Source of the DNA: Salpingoeca rosetta
Taxonomy: Eukaryota; Protista; Choanoflagellata
Reading direction: 5' to 3'
Assembly (NCBI GenBank): GCA_033442325.1
Contig: JAWQFM010000016.1
Span: forward strand, 316,097 to 380,096
Length of the DNA stretch: 64,000 bases
The notes beneath the pieces are model-generated. The model was not told where the DNA came from, searched no databases, and saw nothing but the letters and a program-made list of their open reading frames with translations. Below are positions 1 through 17,182 of this stretch, in pieces (position 1 is the stretch's first letter; each line of letters opens with the position of its first letter). The translations under genes were made by a program, and so were the position numbers.

Positions 1-342
1 GATCTAGCTTAGGTCGCGGTTTAGAGCTTTCCTAGTACATAACGATCCCTACGCTTTAGGTTTTTGGTTGGTGTGGGTAAGACCCAAACGGACGTAACTT
101 TCGGAAATTATGCATGATTCCCGGTCGTTCGGGCAGCCCCCATGAGCCCAGGCAACGGACTTTCAATCCCGGCCCGTGTAGCGTGGAAACCTAAAAAACC
201 CAAGCCACTTCCCAATGCTTGAGGATGCTTGATGGCTTGGGTTTTAGGCCCTCTCGGTTCGCCGAATTTCGCACCACTGGCTCGGGACCTGACAGCACAT
301 GGAGACGCCAAGTCAGACTCACCCCTGCATAGCCCCGTTTAT
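1..342. other. Compositionally alien, random-looking block containing a 13+3 bp hairpin
   Basis: No microsatellites, frequent TA dinucleotides and no host-like codon pattern. Ends abruptly at a (CA)n tract at 343. Does not encode the expected last exon of the adjacent PLP enzyme. Inverted repeat 190-207/233-248. Confidence 0.6.
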
Positions 343-489
343 CACACACACACACACAGACACACACAGACACACACACACAGACACACACAGACACAGA
401 CACAGACACACACACAGACACACACACAGACACAGACACACACACACACACACCACGCTCTTTCCCCTCCCTCGAGCGTCCCAGGCGAC

Positions 490-3325
<2,836 letters not shown>

Positions 3326-3741
3326 CACTGTTGCTCTCGTGCCGATACTTGTGCGAAAATGTCCACCAATTCTCCACAATCAAAGGTAAGCAACAAGGCA
3401 AGCAAGCAAGCAAGACAAGAAACAAAGCATGAAGCTATGAAGAGAGGAAGCTCAAGACCTCAAGACCCCACGTCGTCCCTTGTCCCGCATCCTCATCCTC
3501 ATCCTCATTCTCCAATGATGCGCTTCACCCACACTCAACCCCCACACGGCCAAGCAAGGTCAGCCAGAAGTTCTGAAACACAAAAGAACAAAAGAAAAAG
3601 AACACACCCACTAAAGCACTTACCTACTTACAGAAATTACAAACTCACAGACACACGCACTCACACAAGCACGCAGACACAATACACACGTGCGCAAGTC
3701 CCTACACCAGCACACAAAAGCGACATTGCTTCAGCTGCTTG

Positions 3742-5048
3742 CTATGTGGACATGCAGAGCGGGTCGATGACGAGGATGGACGTGGCAGCTGCCGGGATGG
3801 CGAAGATGCGGCCGTCTTCGGCCTCAACACCGCCAAACCACCTGGCCCCCATGACAGTGCTGTCGAAGGAAGCAGCACTGGTGACGAGCCCAACGCTGTT
3901 TGTTGTGGGCTGAATGGTCAGCACGCTACTGGCCGAAAAGGGCACGCCCAGGATGCGGCCATCGTCCACGACCACGCCGCCAGCCCACTTTTCAGTGCCG
4001 TAGAGCGTGCTGTCTGTGCGGATGACAACCGTGTTTTGGTTCGGGTCGATGATGAGCAGTGCACCCGCGTTGTGCGGATGCCATAGATGAGGCCGTTCTG
4101 CGCCAGAACGCCGCCAGCCCAGCCAAAATCAAAGTCGCTGGATGGGCCGTTGTCACCCATTCCGCCACCGGTGTTGCCGTCCAAGGTGAGGGTGGTTGCG
4201 TCCGCAGAGTCCGTGATGAGGATGGACGTGGCACGATACGGAATACCATAGATCTTGCCATTGCGTGCAAGCACGGCGCCAAACCACTTGTAATTCGTGT
4301 TGTCGGCACCGTTTACTGCAATCGTGGACGTGGTGTTGGTGTCTGGGTTGATCACCAGCACATGGGTGTTCGTGTTGGGGACGGCATAGATCTTGCCATT
4401 GTCCGCCAGAACGGCCGCCTCCCAGTTGCCGCTTTCACCAGAGACAAGATACCCTGCCACGCTGATGGTGCTCGCGTCGAACACGTCGTATTTCGGGTCA
4501 ATCACCAGCACCATCGTCGTCTGTTCTGGGATGCAGTAGATCTTGCCATTCCCTGCAAGGACGCCGTCGGCCCACTTGTAAACGTCTGTGGCGAACCCGG
4601 TCATTGTGGTGATGTCATATGTGTTGCTCGCGGGGTCGATGATCAACACGGCAGTCGCAGCGCGTGGGATGCCGTAGATTTTGCCGTTCCTGGCCCGGAC
4701 GCCCCGACGCCACTTGTCCACACCAGGCGGGAGGCCGCTCAGTGTCTGTGCATCCAGAAACACGCCGCCGTTTCGGATGAAGCACACGCCAGTGTGCAAG
4801 CGGTGGTTCCACAGGTTCAGGCGCTGCAGTTCAGCGTGCACGTCCAAGCCGTTGAGCAGCACGCGCTGCCGTGGATCGCTCGTGTTCAAGTGCACATCAC
4901 CGGCCTCATTCTGCACAAGGACAGCTTTGCCTGTGCTTGCTTCTGCGTTTACCGCGTCGATCATACCACCACCCAACAGAACAACGCCCGCCACCACGCA
5001 CATGACAGCGATCGCGCGGTGTGCCACACACCAAGGTCGCCAGCTCAT
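3742..5048 (-). CDS. Intronless secreted/anchored beta-propeller-like repeat protein with a 1-nt frameshift at ~4076 (pseudogene or assembly error)
   Basis: ATG at 5048, hydrophobic N-terminus, then about 7 repeats of W-x-G-x-V-L-A-x-N-G-K-I-Y-x-I-P-x(3)-T-x-V-L-I-I-D-P. Repeat 5 breaks at YGI|R. Adding one C restores [15 protein letters not shown] and joins ORF 3742-3975, which carries two more repeats. Confidence 0.8.
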
Positions 5049-5203
5049 CGTCACAAGATCGTGCCTGCAGGCAAGGGCAAGAGACTTCAGAGAGAGAAGG
5101 AGAGAGAGAAGGACAAGGGAGGAAAGGTTGGCTGCTTGGCTGCTTTGCTCGCTTCATTGGCTGTCAGCGAAAATTGATAAAGTCTTCTATTAATTTTCCG
5201 CAA

Positions 5204-8293
<3,090 letters not shown>

Positions 8294-8921
8294 AGCGGCC
8301 AGTTCATGTGCATGTCCTTGCAAAGAGTGCGTGCTTCGCAGACCAGTTCCACCACTCCCGCGCCTACTTGCTTTCAACATGCTTGGTACCTGCCCCAAAC
8401 TCAATGCACAGCATGATGCGAGACCACCATACATGATGGAAGTTGAGAAGTGATGCGCGATAGAGCTGCCAGTGCATGGTCAGGAGAGCAGGAGGGGGAC
8501 AAGAGGCTTTGGCTTGTAGTTGTGGCGTTTTGTTTGGTTTGCTTGCATCGCGACAAATAAGAGTGCTCTTCACTCTCTTCTGTCTGGAGTTGTGCCAGTG
8601 TATCATTTTCAAACAACAACACAAAACCAGCCGGGCTCGGTCCGGGCGGGAGACGCACACACTCCCCGCCAGAGCACCCAGACGGTGCAGCGGGCGCGCG
8701 CTCAAGCCCAGCGCAACCACCAACAGGGCAAGCGCACCCGCAAGCGCAAGCATCCGCAGAACACACCCCCCGGCCACAGCGGCCAGCGCAGCAATGACAG
8801 CAACGACGGCACTGCTGCCACCGCCGCCACCGCCACCACCGACAACGATGAGGGACAGCCACACAGCGCCCCAGTGACCTCACGTAGCCCCGGTGGCCCG
8901 GCCGCAACAGAGCCCCCTGCA

Positions 8922-9034
8922 ACTGTCTAAGCGACAGTCGCAGCACTGCACATGAGCCTCGCACCGAGGCACTTGGTTTCTATCGATCTATTGATTTACT
9001 TTTCTTTTTATCTATGTGGCGCCTGCTCTCACAC
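8922..9034 (+). repeat. Dispersed 113-bp repeat, copy 1 (possible 3' end of a mobile element), preceded by an orphan low-complexity open frame ending at TAA 8928-8930
   Basis: 108/113 identical to 60260-60372. Contains hairpins ACTGTC-taagc-GACAGT and GCCTCG-cac-CGAGGC. Ends in CTCACAC. Confidence 0.85.
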
Positions 9035-9248
9035 ACACCTACACGTGCACACGCGCGCACATGCACATACGCACGCGCGCACATGCACACGCGCGCACAT
9101 GCACATACGCACGCATGCACACACACACACACACACACAAGACGTCCAAGGCACCTTACTGCCCTGCCTCGCAACCAAACACACATCCTTTTCACTTCTC
9201 GTCCTCCTCGTCCTCCTCCTCCCTTCCACCTGTCATGTCACACTGTCA

Positions 9249-12200
9249 CTACACGGTCGACACGTCCGTGTGCGGGCCGCTAAACCCGTCCATTGCGTCC
9301 CCATTCGCTTCATCCTCCAGGAGCAGCTGCTTCTGGGACGCGCGACGCTGGTGGTGGCTGGGGCGCTGCTTGGTGCAGTGGCCGTTTTCCGTCGCCGTGC
9401 CATTGCTGTGAGTACACGAGATGAGCGCCTTGGTCTCTGGCTCGCGACGCACGGGCGCAGCACCGCTGCTCGCATGCGTGCTGCTGCGCCGATGGTCCGA
9501 GGGCAGCTTCTGCTGAGCGTGGAGGCGGAACTTGCGGCGAATGCGAAGGAGCAGGATGATGGCGCCAAGAATGCGAATGCCAATGTAGAACAGCACCAGC
9601 GGCAGCACAAGCGCCCACTCAGAGGGATCGTGTGCCTCCGGTGACTGCACAAACAGGATGTTGCGCTGCCGGTAGTCCTCCGTCAGCAGGTTGGTCTCGA
9701 TGTAGCAGTCGTGCGGACCCACGGCGCTGCTCGCCCTCGACGGATGGCAGCGGTACGAGTCGTTGGCAGAGAACTCCGTGCGCATGAGCGCCGTCAGGAT
9801 GTAGTACGGGATGCCAATCACGCTCGGCAGCCACTGGATCGCGTCGGGCAGCGTGCGGTAGAACCCAGCCATCATCAGCATCGCCTGCACAACAACAGTC
9901 ACCACGGCAACGGCTGCCGCGGGGTCCGGAATCGCCGCCCCGAGCAGCAGCCCGAGTGCGTGGAACACGTTGGCCGCAAGCGCGAGGATGAAGCTCTTCG
10001 TCAGGTTGCTCTCCCAGTCAGCGCCCACGTATGCAAGCGTAAACGTGATTGTGCCAACACAATCGGCCACACCGCAGCACGCAAAGTCAACACCGTCCAC
10101 ACCACCAGCCGCAGCCAGTANNNNNNNNNNNNNNNNNNNNNNNNNNNNNNNNNNNNNNNNNNNNNNNNNNNNNNNNNNNNNNNNNNNNNNNNNNNNNNNN
10201 NNNNNNNNNNNNNNNNNNNNNNNNNNNNNNNNNNNNNNNNNNNNNNNNNNNNNNNNNNNNNNNNNNNNNNNNNNNNNNNNNNNNNNNNNNNNNNNNNNNN
10301 NNNNNNNNNNNNNNNNNNNNNNNNNNNNNNNNNNNNNNNNNNNNNNNNNNNNNNNNNNNNNNNNNNNNNNNNNNNNNNNNNNNNNNNNNNNNNNNNNNNN
10401 NNNNNNNNNNNNNNNNNNNNNNNNNNNNNNNNNNNNNNNNNNNNNNNNNNNNNNGTCAGCATCAGCCCCTCCAGCGTCTCCTCAAGGGCCTGGCTGTACT
10501 CGTCCTCCGTGGCGTTAGTCAGCAGCAGCGCCCCGCAGTAGTTGATGTTGTCCTCCACAGACAGGTCGCCGCGGATCGGGGCCACCGTCGGCAGAAACGA
10601 CAGCACCGCCGCCTTGTTCTCCTCCCGCAGCGCCTGCACGGGCACGTCGCCAACCACAATCTCCCCAGCCTCCCACACAATGCCAACCGAGTGGCCCGCC
10701 AGCGTGCGCAGCAGCACCGTCTTGCCGCTACCGCTCGCGCCCACCACCCCCGTGATGCACCCTGGCTGCGCTACGCCGCTCACGCCACGCAGCAACGGCT
10801 TGCTGCCCTTGGCCGACACCACACGCAGGTCCTTCCACCGCAGGGACACAGCCGGCGGCTCTGCCAGCGACGTGGCATGAGAGCCGGCAATGATCTCGGC
10901 ATCCTCCCTCAGCCCGGTTCCATGGCCGCTTCCGTGGCCGTGCGTGGCAGAGGCCGCTGTGTTTGCATTTGCTGGCGTCGCCAGCCGTCGCTTGCTCAGC
11001 CACCGGCACAGGAAGATGAAGCCAAAACACAGGGCGAGGATGATGACGAGCGCAATCCAGTGCGGGGTCTCGTTGCGTCGAGTGCCAAACCGCACCTGCC
11101 CAGACTGGTCCGCCTTGCCTTGCAAGGGGGGCGACACGTGCCGGCACAAGCTGTGGGCGGAGCACTTCCAGTCGCTGCGGGGCGTCTGCCCAAGCACGGC
11201 GTCGCGGTCCTCGTAGCAGTCGCACGCTGTTGCCGTGTGCGCAATGGCCGTGTTGTTGCAGCTGGGAAAGCCGGCAAAGCTGAGGTTCCTCTCAGGGATG
11301 CGGTCGACGGCCTCCAGCATCGTCCACAGCATGCCGTCGTCGCGGTGCAGCGGAATGTGGCAGTGGGCCAGCCACATGCCCGGGTTGTCTGCCTTGAAGG
11401 CAATGGCAACCCAGCCACCAGCTGGCATCACCACCGTGTCCTTGAGCGGGGCCTCCGACGGGTGCAGCAGCGACTCTGGCGACGGCATCGGCAGCTTCTC
11501 GCACGTGGTCCAGCGGCAGCCGTTCTTCCGGGGATAGCCAACGCCAACAACGTGGAACTTGTGGCCGTGCAGGTGCATTGGGTGGGTGAAGCGCGTCGAG
11601 TCCTTGTGGTGGCTCATGTACATCAGGATCGTCTGGTTGTAGTCGAAGTACATTGCGTTGATGTGCGGGTGCACGTGGTCGCCCTCCGTGCCAAACTGTA
11701 GCAAAGGTTTGCTGGATATGGCTGTCTGCGTCATGGGGTTGTCAATGCCGTGGGAAAAGTCACGAACGTGCGTAAAGTGGCCAAAGGACGGTGGAGGCAC
11801 AAAGATGAACTCGGCCTCATGTGAGAACGCGGTTGGCTTCTCCATCGCGGGGCGGCTCAACAACGGGTTCAGCGCTGTGACAGGGATGCACGTGTCAGGT
11901 GCCTGCTCTGGTGTTGCGCCCGCATCGAAGCAGTTGACCGTCTTCTGCTGCAGCCGCGGGGACGTTGTGGTGGTTGGCGAGGCGTCGGCGGGCGCGCCCG
12001 TGTAGCGCACGACGCCCAGCAGCTCGTTGGAGAACTGGGCTGGGTCCTCCGTCAGCTTGAAGCGGAGCCAGTAGTTGTCGACCGGCTGGTTGGCTTCAAG
12101 GATGACGTCGAAGCGCTCCGCCACGTGCAGCTGCACGCACTCTGCCTCGTACGGCTCGGTGTTGGAGCCATCCGCGGCAATGACGGTCAGGTTGTGGTTG

Positions 12201-13216
12201 TCGACGCAGACCGAGAACGCGTACAGTTCGCCAATGTTGAGGAGGCGAAGTCGGTACCGCTTGCCTTGCTCCACGTCGAGGACAAACCTGCGGTTGGGCT
12301 GGCCCGCCACGTGGCCCGTCCACCAGCGGAAGGTCCCCACGCTCGTGCCGTCCGGTGCATGGGAGGATGAGGGCAGCTTGCTGCCAGAGTTTTGCAGGAA
12401 GAGGGCGTATGTGGCTTCTTCAAACAGGTCACCGAACGGGAGCGTGATGTCTTCGTCATACAGCGGTGCGTGGGGATCCACCTCGTCATCTGCGGGCAAA
12501 ATGATGAAGGCGCCAATGAGGCCACGGCTTGCGACGCGGTCGATGCCCGCGTGTGTGTGATACCAGTATGTGCCCGCCTCGTCTGTGATGACAAACTCGT
12601 ACGTCATGGATTCTCCTGGTGGCACCGCGCACTGTGTTAGGCCCACCACGCCATCCATGTTGATGGCATCGCGCACCTGCATGGAGAAGGAACAAGGCGA
12701 TTGGATTGAGTGGGTGGGCGAGTGTGTGTGTGTGTGTGTGTGTGTGCGTGTGTGTGTGTGCGCGCGTGCGTGTGTGGATGGACGTGGCAAAGCCTCGCAT
12801 GCCACACAGGGGACAGGCAACAATCACGCAAGCAATCACATACACGAGATACACACACACAAAGACACGCACACGCACACACAAAGACACACACACACGC
12901 ACGCACGCACCAAGACGCACACACACACGCACAAAGGCACACACACCTCGAGACCATGCCAATGGATGGACACGCCTTCGGTGGCAAACTTGTTGTGCAG
13001 GTGCACGACAAGGCGGTCGCCGCGCTTCACGCGAAGTTCAGGGCCAGGGACGGTGCCGTTGATGCTTGAGGCGTAGATGGGGTGGTGCTCGGTCTCCACA
13101 AAAGCATACTGTGCCACGAGATCATATTCCACCACCGCCGCAACCGCGTGTCGCAGCTGCGTGCCCGCGACGACGACAAGCAGAAGCACACCAAACGACG
13201 CCACGCACCAACGCAT
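9249..13216 (-). CDS. Multicopper oxidase (laccase/ascorbate-oxidase type) - TM - ABCG-type transporter fusion, spanning an assembly gap
   Basis: Exon 1 13216-12947 (signal peptide, SIHWHG). Exon 2 from 12676 carries GTYWYHTH, HPMHLHGH, WLAHCHIPLHRDDGM, a Cys-rich linker, TM WIALVIILALCFGFIFLC, then LRWKDL...LLRGVSGVAQPG and Walker A GASGSGKT (10741-10718), all contiguous up to the gap. After the gap (10120-9249) come ABC2-type membrane helices (GLLLGAAIP, MMAGFY..LP..IQWL, YY..ALM..EF). Confidence 0.85.
10121..10454. other. Assembly gap (334 N)
   Basis: Run of N inside the ABC nucleotide-binding domain. Confidence 1.
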
Positions 13217-13617
13217 GATTCACAACGGACGGCCAAAGAATGTGCGAGATGTCGTGTGTTTTGCTGTTCTTCATGTCAAGCAGAAAAGCAAGTGATCTAT
13301 CCGCGACCTCCGTCCAGCCTGCCTCTGCATGCAGGCATAATTTTTTCAGGCATCGCTCCAACGCCACTTCCCCATATGGAGCATTTCACAATTCTTGGGT
13401 ATCAGCACTTTCACACTTCAACGTGCTGACCTGCATGAATGAGCAAATTGGTTGGATTGTGCACTGTCGACTTCGCAACCCCATACAAACATCGTTCCAA
13501 CGGAGGGGAAACAAGCAAGCACAGCAGAACGCTTCAAGGCGCGTGCATTCTCTCCCAGCTCCCCCCACTACCCCCCACTAACAACCAGACCACCACATAC
13601 CACCACCAGCCCCAGCC

Positions 13618-14678
13618 ATGTCCACGACTGCAGATGCAAAACAGCAGCAGCCGCCGCGCCGCATCGGCCATGTCCTTGAGGGCATCGACATGAAGACGCT
13701 CACGCCAGAGGGCGCGGAGAAGGTGCGGGAGGCTGTCCTCAAGTACAGCGTCGTTGTGCTTCCCAAGCAGGATTTGGAAGAAGAAGACATGGCGCGCATC
13801 GCAGAGCTGTTTGGTGCACCCGTGGATCTGCCAAGCGAGATGGCGTTTGGCCACCAAGCCAAGTCTCAGCCGCGCGTCACCGTCGTCTCCAACATGCGCC
13901 CGGATGGCACCATCATTCCAAACAACAAGGCTGCCGAGTACTGGCACCAAGACGTGAGTTTGGCAGAATCATGTTCTCCTTGCACCACCCACGCTCAAAA
14001 TGTGTTCTTGCTCTTGTTTTTCCTCCATCCACAGTGCTTCGGACATCAAACGTTGACCGCCTCCGTACATACCCACCCACTCACAAAATGCCAATTTGCT
14101 TCACTGGCTGCCTCGCACCGGTGCGATCTGCTGTTGCTGTTTACTATGCTTCACAGGGCAACTTCTGGGTTGCGCCCCGCGAGTACGTGATGAACTTCCT
14201 TTACTCTGTGATTGTGCCAGAGGAGGGCGGCGATACGGGTTTTGCCGACACGGTGCTTGCGCTGCAGCAGATGGATCCCGAGCTGCGCAAGGAGCTCGAG
14301 GGCCTGCAGATTGAGGTGGATGCCCGCAAGATCCCGGACTTCTCCAGCCTGAAGGAGGACGACGAGCGCTTCCCCGTTGCCCTTCACTCCATCATCTTCA
14401 ACCACGACGAGTCCGGCATCGAGTCGCTGTACCCTGGAAACGGCAACGTCACGATCAAGGGCAAGACCAAGGAGGAGTCGCGCGACATCATCGGCCGCGT
14501 GCTCGCCCACCTCGACAGGGAGCCGTACGTGTACTACCACAAGTGGACCAAGGGCGACCTCGTGCTGTGGGACAACAAGACGTGCATGCACCGCAGCATG
14601 GGCGGCTACGGCAACCACCCGCGCAAGCTGTTCCGCACTCAGTGCTTCCACCACCCTAACCTTCGCACGCAGTCGTGA
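13618..14678 (+). CDS. TauD/TfdA family Fe(II)/2-oxoglutarate dioxygenase
   Basis: Exons 13618-13953 and 14157-14678. WHQDGNF (HxD), VPEEGGDTGFAD, HKWTKGDLVLWDNKTCMHRS (distal His), R..FR. Confidence 0.92.
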
Positions 14679-15164
14679 ATGAATGCCTGCACAATGGCGC
14701 ATGCGTCTGTTCTTCCTTCTCCTGACGGTCTGCGTTTGATTGCATGGGCTGTGTAGTTGCATTACAGGCAGTCCTCTATATCTCTGTTTGCTTGTTTGAT
14801 GTGATGTGACATGATGTGATGTGATGTGACGCAGTGAGGTCTTGTGTCTGTGTCCGTCTGTATGTGCGTGTCCTGAGCCGCCCGACTTGACGTGCTCGCC
14901 TCAGCCGAAGCACACCCAGTAGTAAACAGCCAACAAACCCACAAATTACTTGCACAATGACAACGAAGAGAGCTCGAAGCGCCCAAAGAAGAGCAGAGCG
15001 AGCTGAGGGCAGCAAGTGCACAGGATCACAGCACAACACATTCAAATATCGTGCGGGCCGTGATTCAACTCAAAGATGACATGTCGAATGGACACACACG
15101 TGCTTCATCATAACACGCACAATCGCACCCACACCGACACAGGCACAGGCACAGGTACACGCGC

Positions 15165-16325
15165 TCAGGAGGAGCGAGCGTACACTTCTGCGCCGTGGAC
15201 GTAGGTGCGGAAGATGTTGTGGTGGTCCCCCAGCATGAACAAAGTGAACAGGCGGTCCGACAGCGGGCTCGGCGTGGCCCACCGCAGCTGCTGCAGTTCC
15301 GTCGCCGTGGGGTCCAGCATCACAAAGTCGGCGTCCTTGCCGACGTCCAGGTTGCCGATGCGGTCGTCAAGCCCAAGCGCGTGCGCAGCCCCGAGCGTGG
15401 CCATGTACAGGCCCTCCTCCACACTCAACTTCGCCCCCTGCAGCTGTGACACCTTGTATGCATCGTGGAAGGTCTGGAACATGCTGAAGCTTGTGCCGGC
15501 GCCCACGTCGGTGCCGAGCGTGAGCAACACGTGCATCTCGCGCATCCTCTGTAGCGGCAGCAGGCCGCTCCCGAGGAACAGGTTGGACGTGGGGCAGAAC
15601 GCCGCCACGCTGCGGCTGTCGCTGAACTCGTGCATGTCCGTGTCGTCCAGGTGGATGCAGTGGGCGAAGATGCACCGGCGGCCCGTTAGGCCAAACCGCT
15701 TGTACACGTCAAAGTAGCTGCGCGCCTCTGGGAACAACTCCTGTACCCACTCCACCTCTGCCTTGTTCTCCGCCAGGTGCGTGTGCACAAACACGTCCGG
15801 GAACTCGCGGCGCAGGCGTCCGGCCGCCTCCAGCTGCGCGGCAGTCGATGTTGGCGCGAAGCGCGGCGTAATCGCATACAGGCAGCGCCCACGCCCATGC
15901 CACTTCTCAATCAGCGCCTTGCTCTCGTCGTATGCGCGCTCCGGCGTGTCTTGCAGGTACTCTGGTGCGTTGCGGTCCATGAGCACCTTCCCCGCGATGA
16001 CAAGCATGTTGTGTGTCTCCGCCACCTCAAAGAAGGCGTCCACAGACTCCGGGTGCACCGTGCAGAACACCGCGGCAGTCGTCGTGCCGTTCTTGAACAG
16101 CTCCCGGATGCAGATCATCGCCATCTCCCGGGCATACCTGGAGGGTGGATGACGAGGCAGGGGGGATGTTGTGAGGTGCGGTAGCTTGCGGAAGGTTGCG
16201 GTGAGTTGGGAGAAAAGGGCACGTGTAGTCCTGGAACAGGAAAGAGTGGCGGCTTTGCATTGTGCTTGAGCGTGCATAGCACAGGAGACACACACCCACA
16301 CACCCACACACACACACACACACAT

Positions 16326-16406
<81 letters not shown>

Positions 16407-16822
16407 AACACGTACGCGCGCACACACACATGCACGCACACAAAAACACACCCACACGCGCGCACGCACGCACACACAAACACAAACACACGCGCGCGCG
16501 CAAACACAGAATGCATACGTTTTGTCGCTGTATTTGCGTTCGGTGGGAAAGGTGTATGTCTTGAGCCAGTCGAGGAGTTGCTCGCCGTAAGCGCAGATCA
16601 TCTCCATCTGCGGATAATGGATGTGTGTGTCGATGAAGCCGGGGCAGATGATCTTCCCTCGAAAGTCATGGACAGTGTCGCCGTTGATGAGCTCTTCCTC
16701 AAAGGCGCCAGCGTACGCAATCTTGCCATCTTCCACGATCAACAGGCCGTCGTCCACGAACCGAATGTGGCTCGCAACCTTGGCACCGTCTCCATCAAGC
16801 CCAACCTTCGTGGCATCCTGCG

Positions 16823-16890
<68 letters not shown>

Positions 16891-16978
16891 GTTTGCAAGT
16901 GTGTGTGCGTGTGTGTTTGCGAGTGTGTGTGTGTGTGTGTGTGTTAGCAAGTGTGTGTGTTAGCAAGTGTGTGTGTTA

Positions 16979-17009
<31 letters not shown>

Positions 17010-17182
17010 CCCCCGAGTTGTTAATACGGTTCGTAGTGTACATGGGCGTGTGTTGTTGGATTGCAACATCGAAAACGGCAACGCACAGCGGTCGCCACAC
17101 CCACTGTCTATGCATCTCCTCATGACAAGTGACTGACTTGATGAAAGTCAAGCAATGAGGCGCGATATGCGTGCCGAGGCAT
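15165..17182 (-). CDS. guaD: Guanine deaminase (amidohydrolase superfamily)
   Basis: Exons 17182-17138, 16817-16519, 16137-15165. Motifs PGFIDTHIHYPQ, GEQLLDWL..YTFPTE, GTTTA, GKVLMDRN, YAITPRFAPTS, HTHLAEN..E, AHCIHL, CPTSNLFLGSG, LGTDVGAG, GKDADF. Confidence 0.95.

Noticed and set aside
19-28. GTTTAGAGCT resembling the start of a Cas9 sgRNA/crRNA repeat
   Set aside because: Only about 10 nt match, with one T missing, and no tracrRNA-like continuation.
8364-8864. Hydrophobic minus-strand ORF as an extra exon of the ABC fusion
   Set aside because: The fusion already has a stop at 9249-9251; this is the antisense of the low-complexity frame attached to the dispersed repeat.
10049-11701. 550-aa plus-strand ORF opposite the oxidase
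   Set aside because: Antisense shadow of a GC3-rich gene, lengthened by the N gap.
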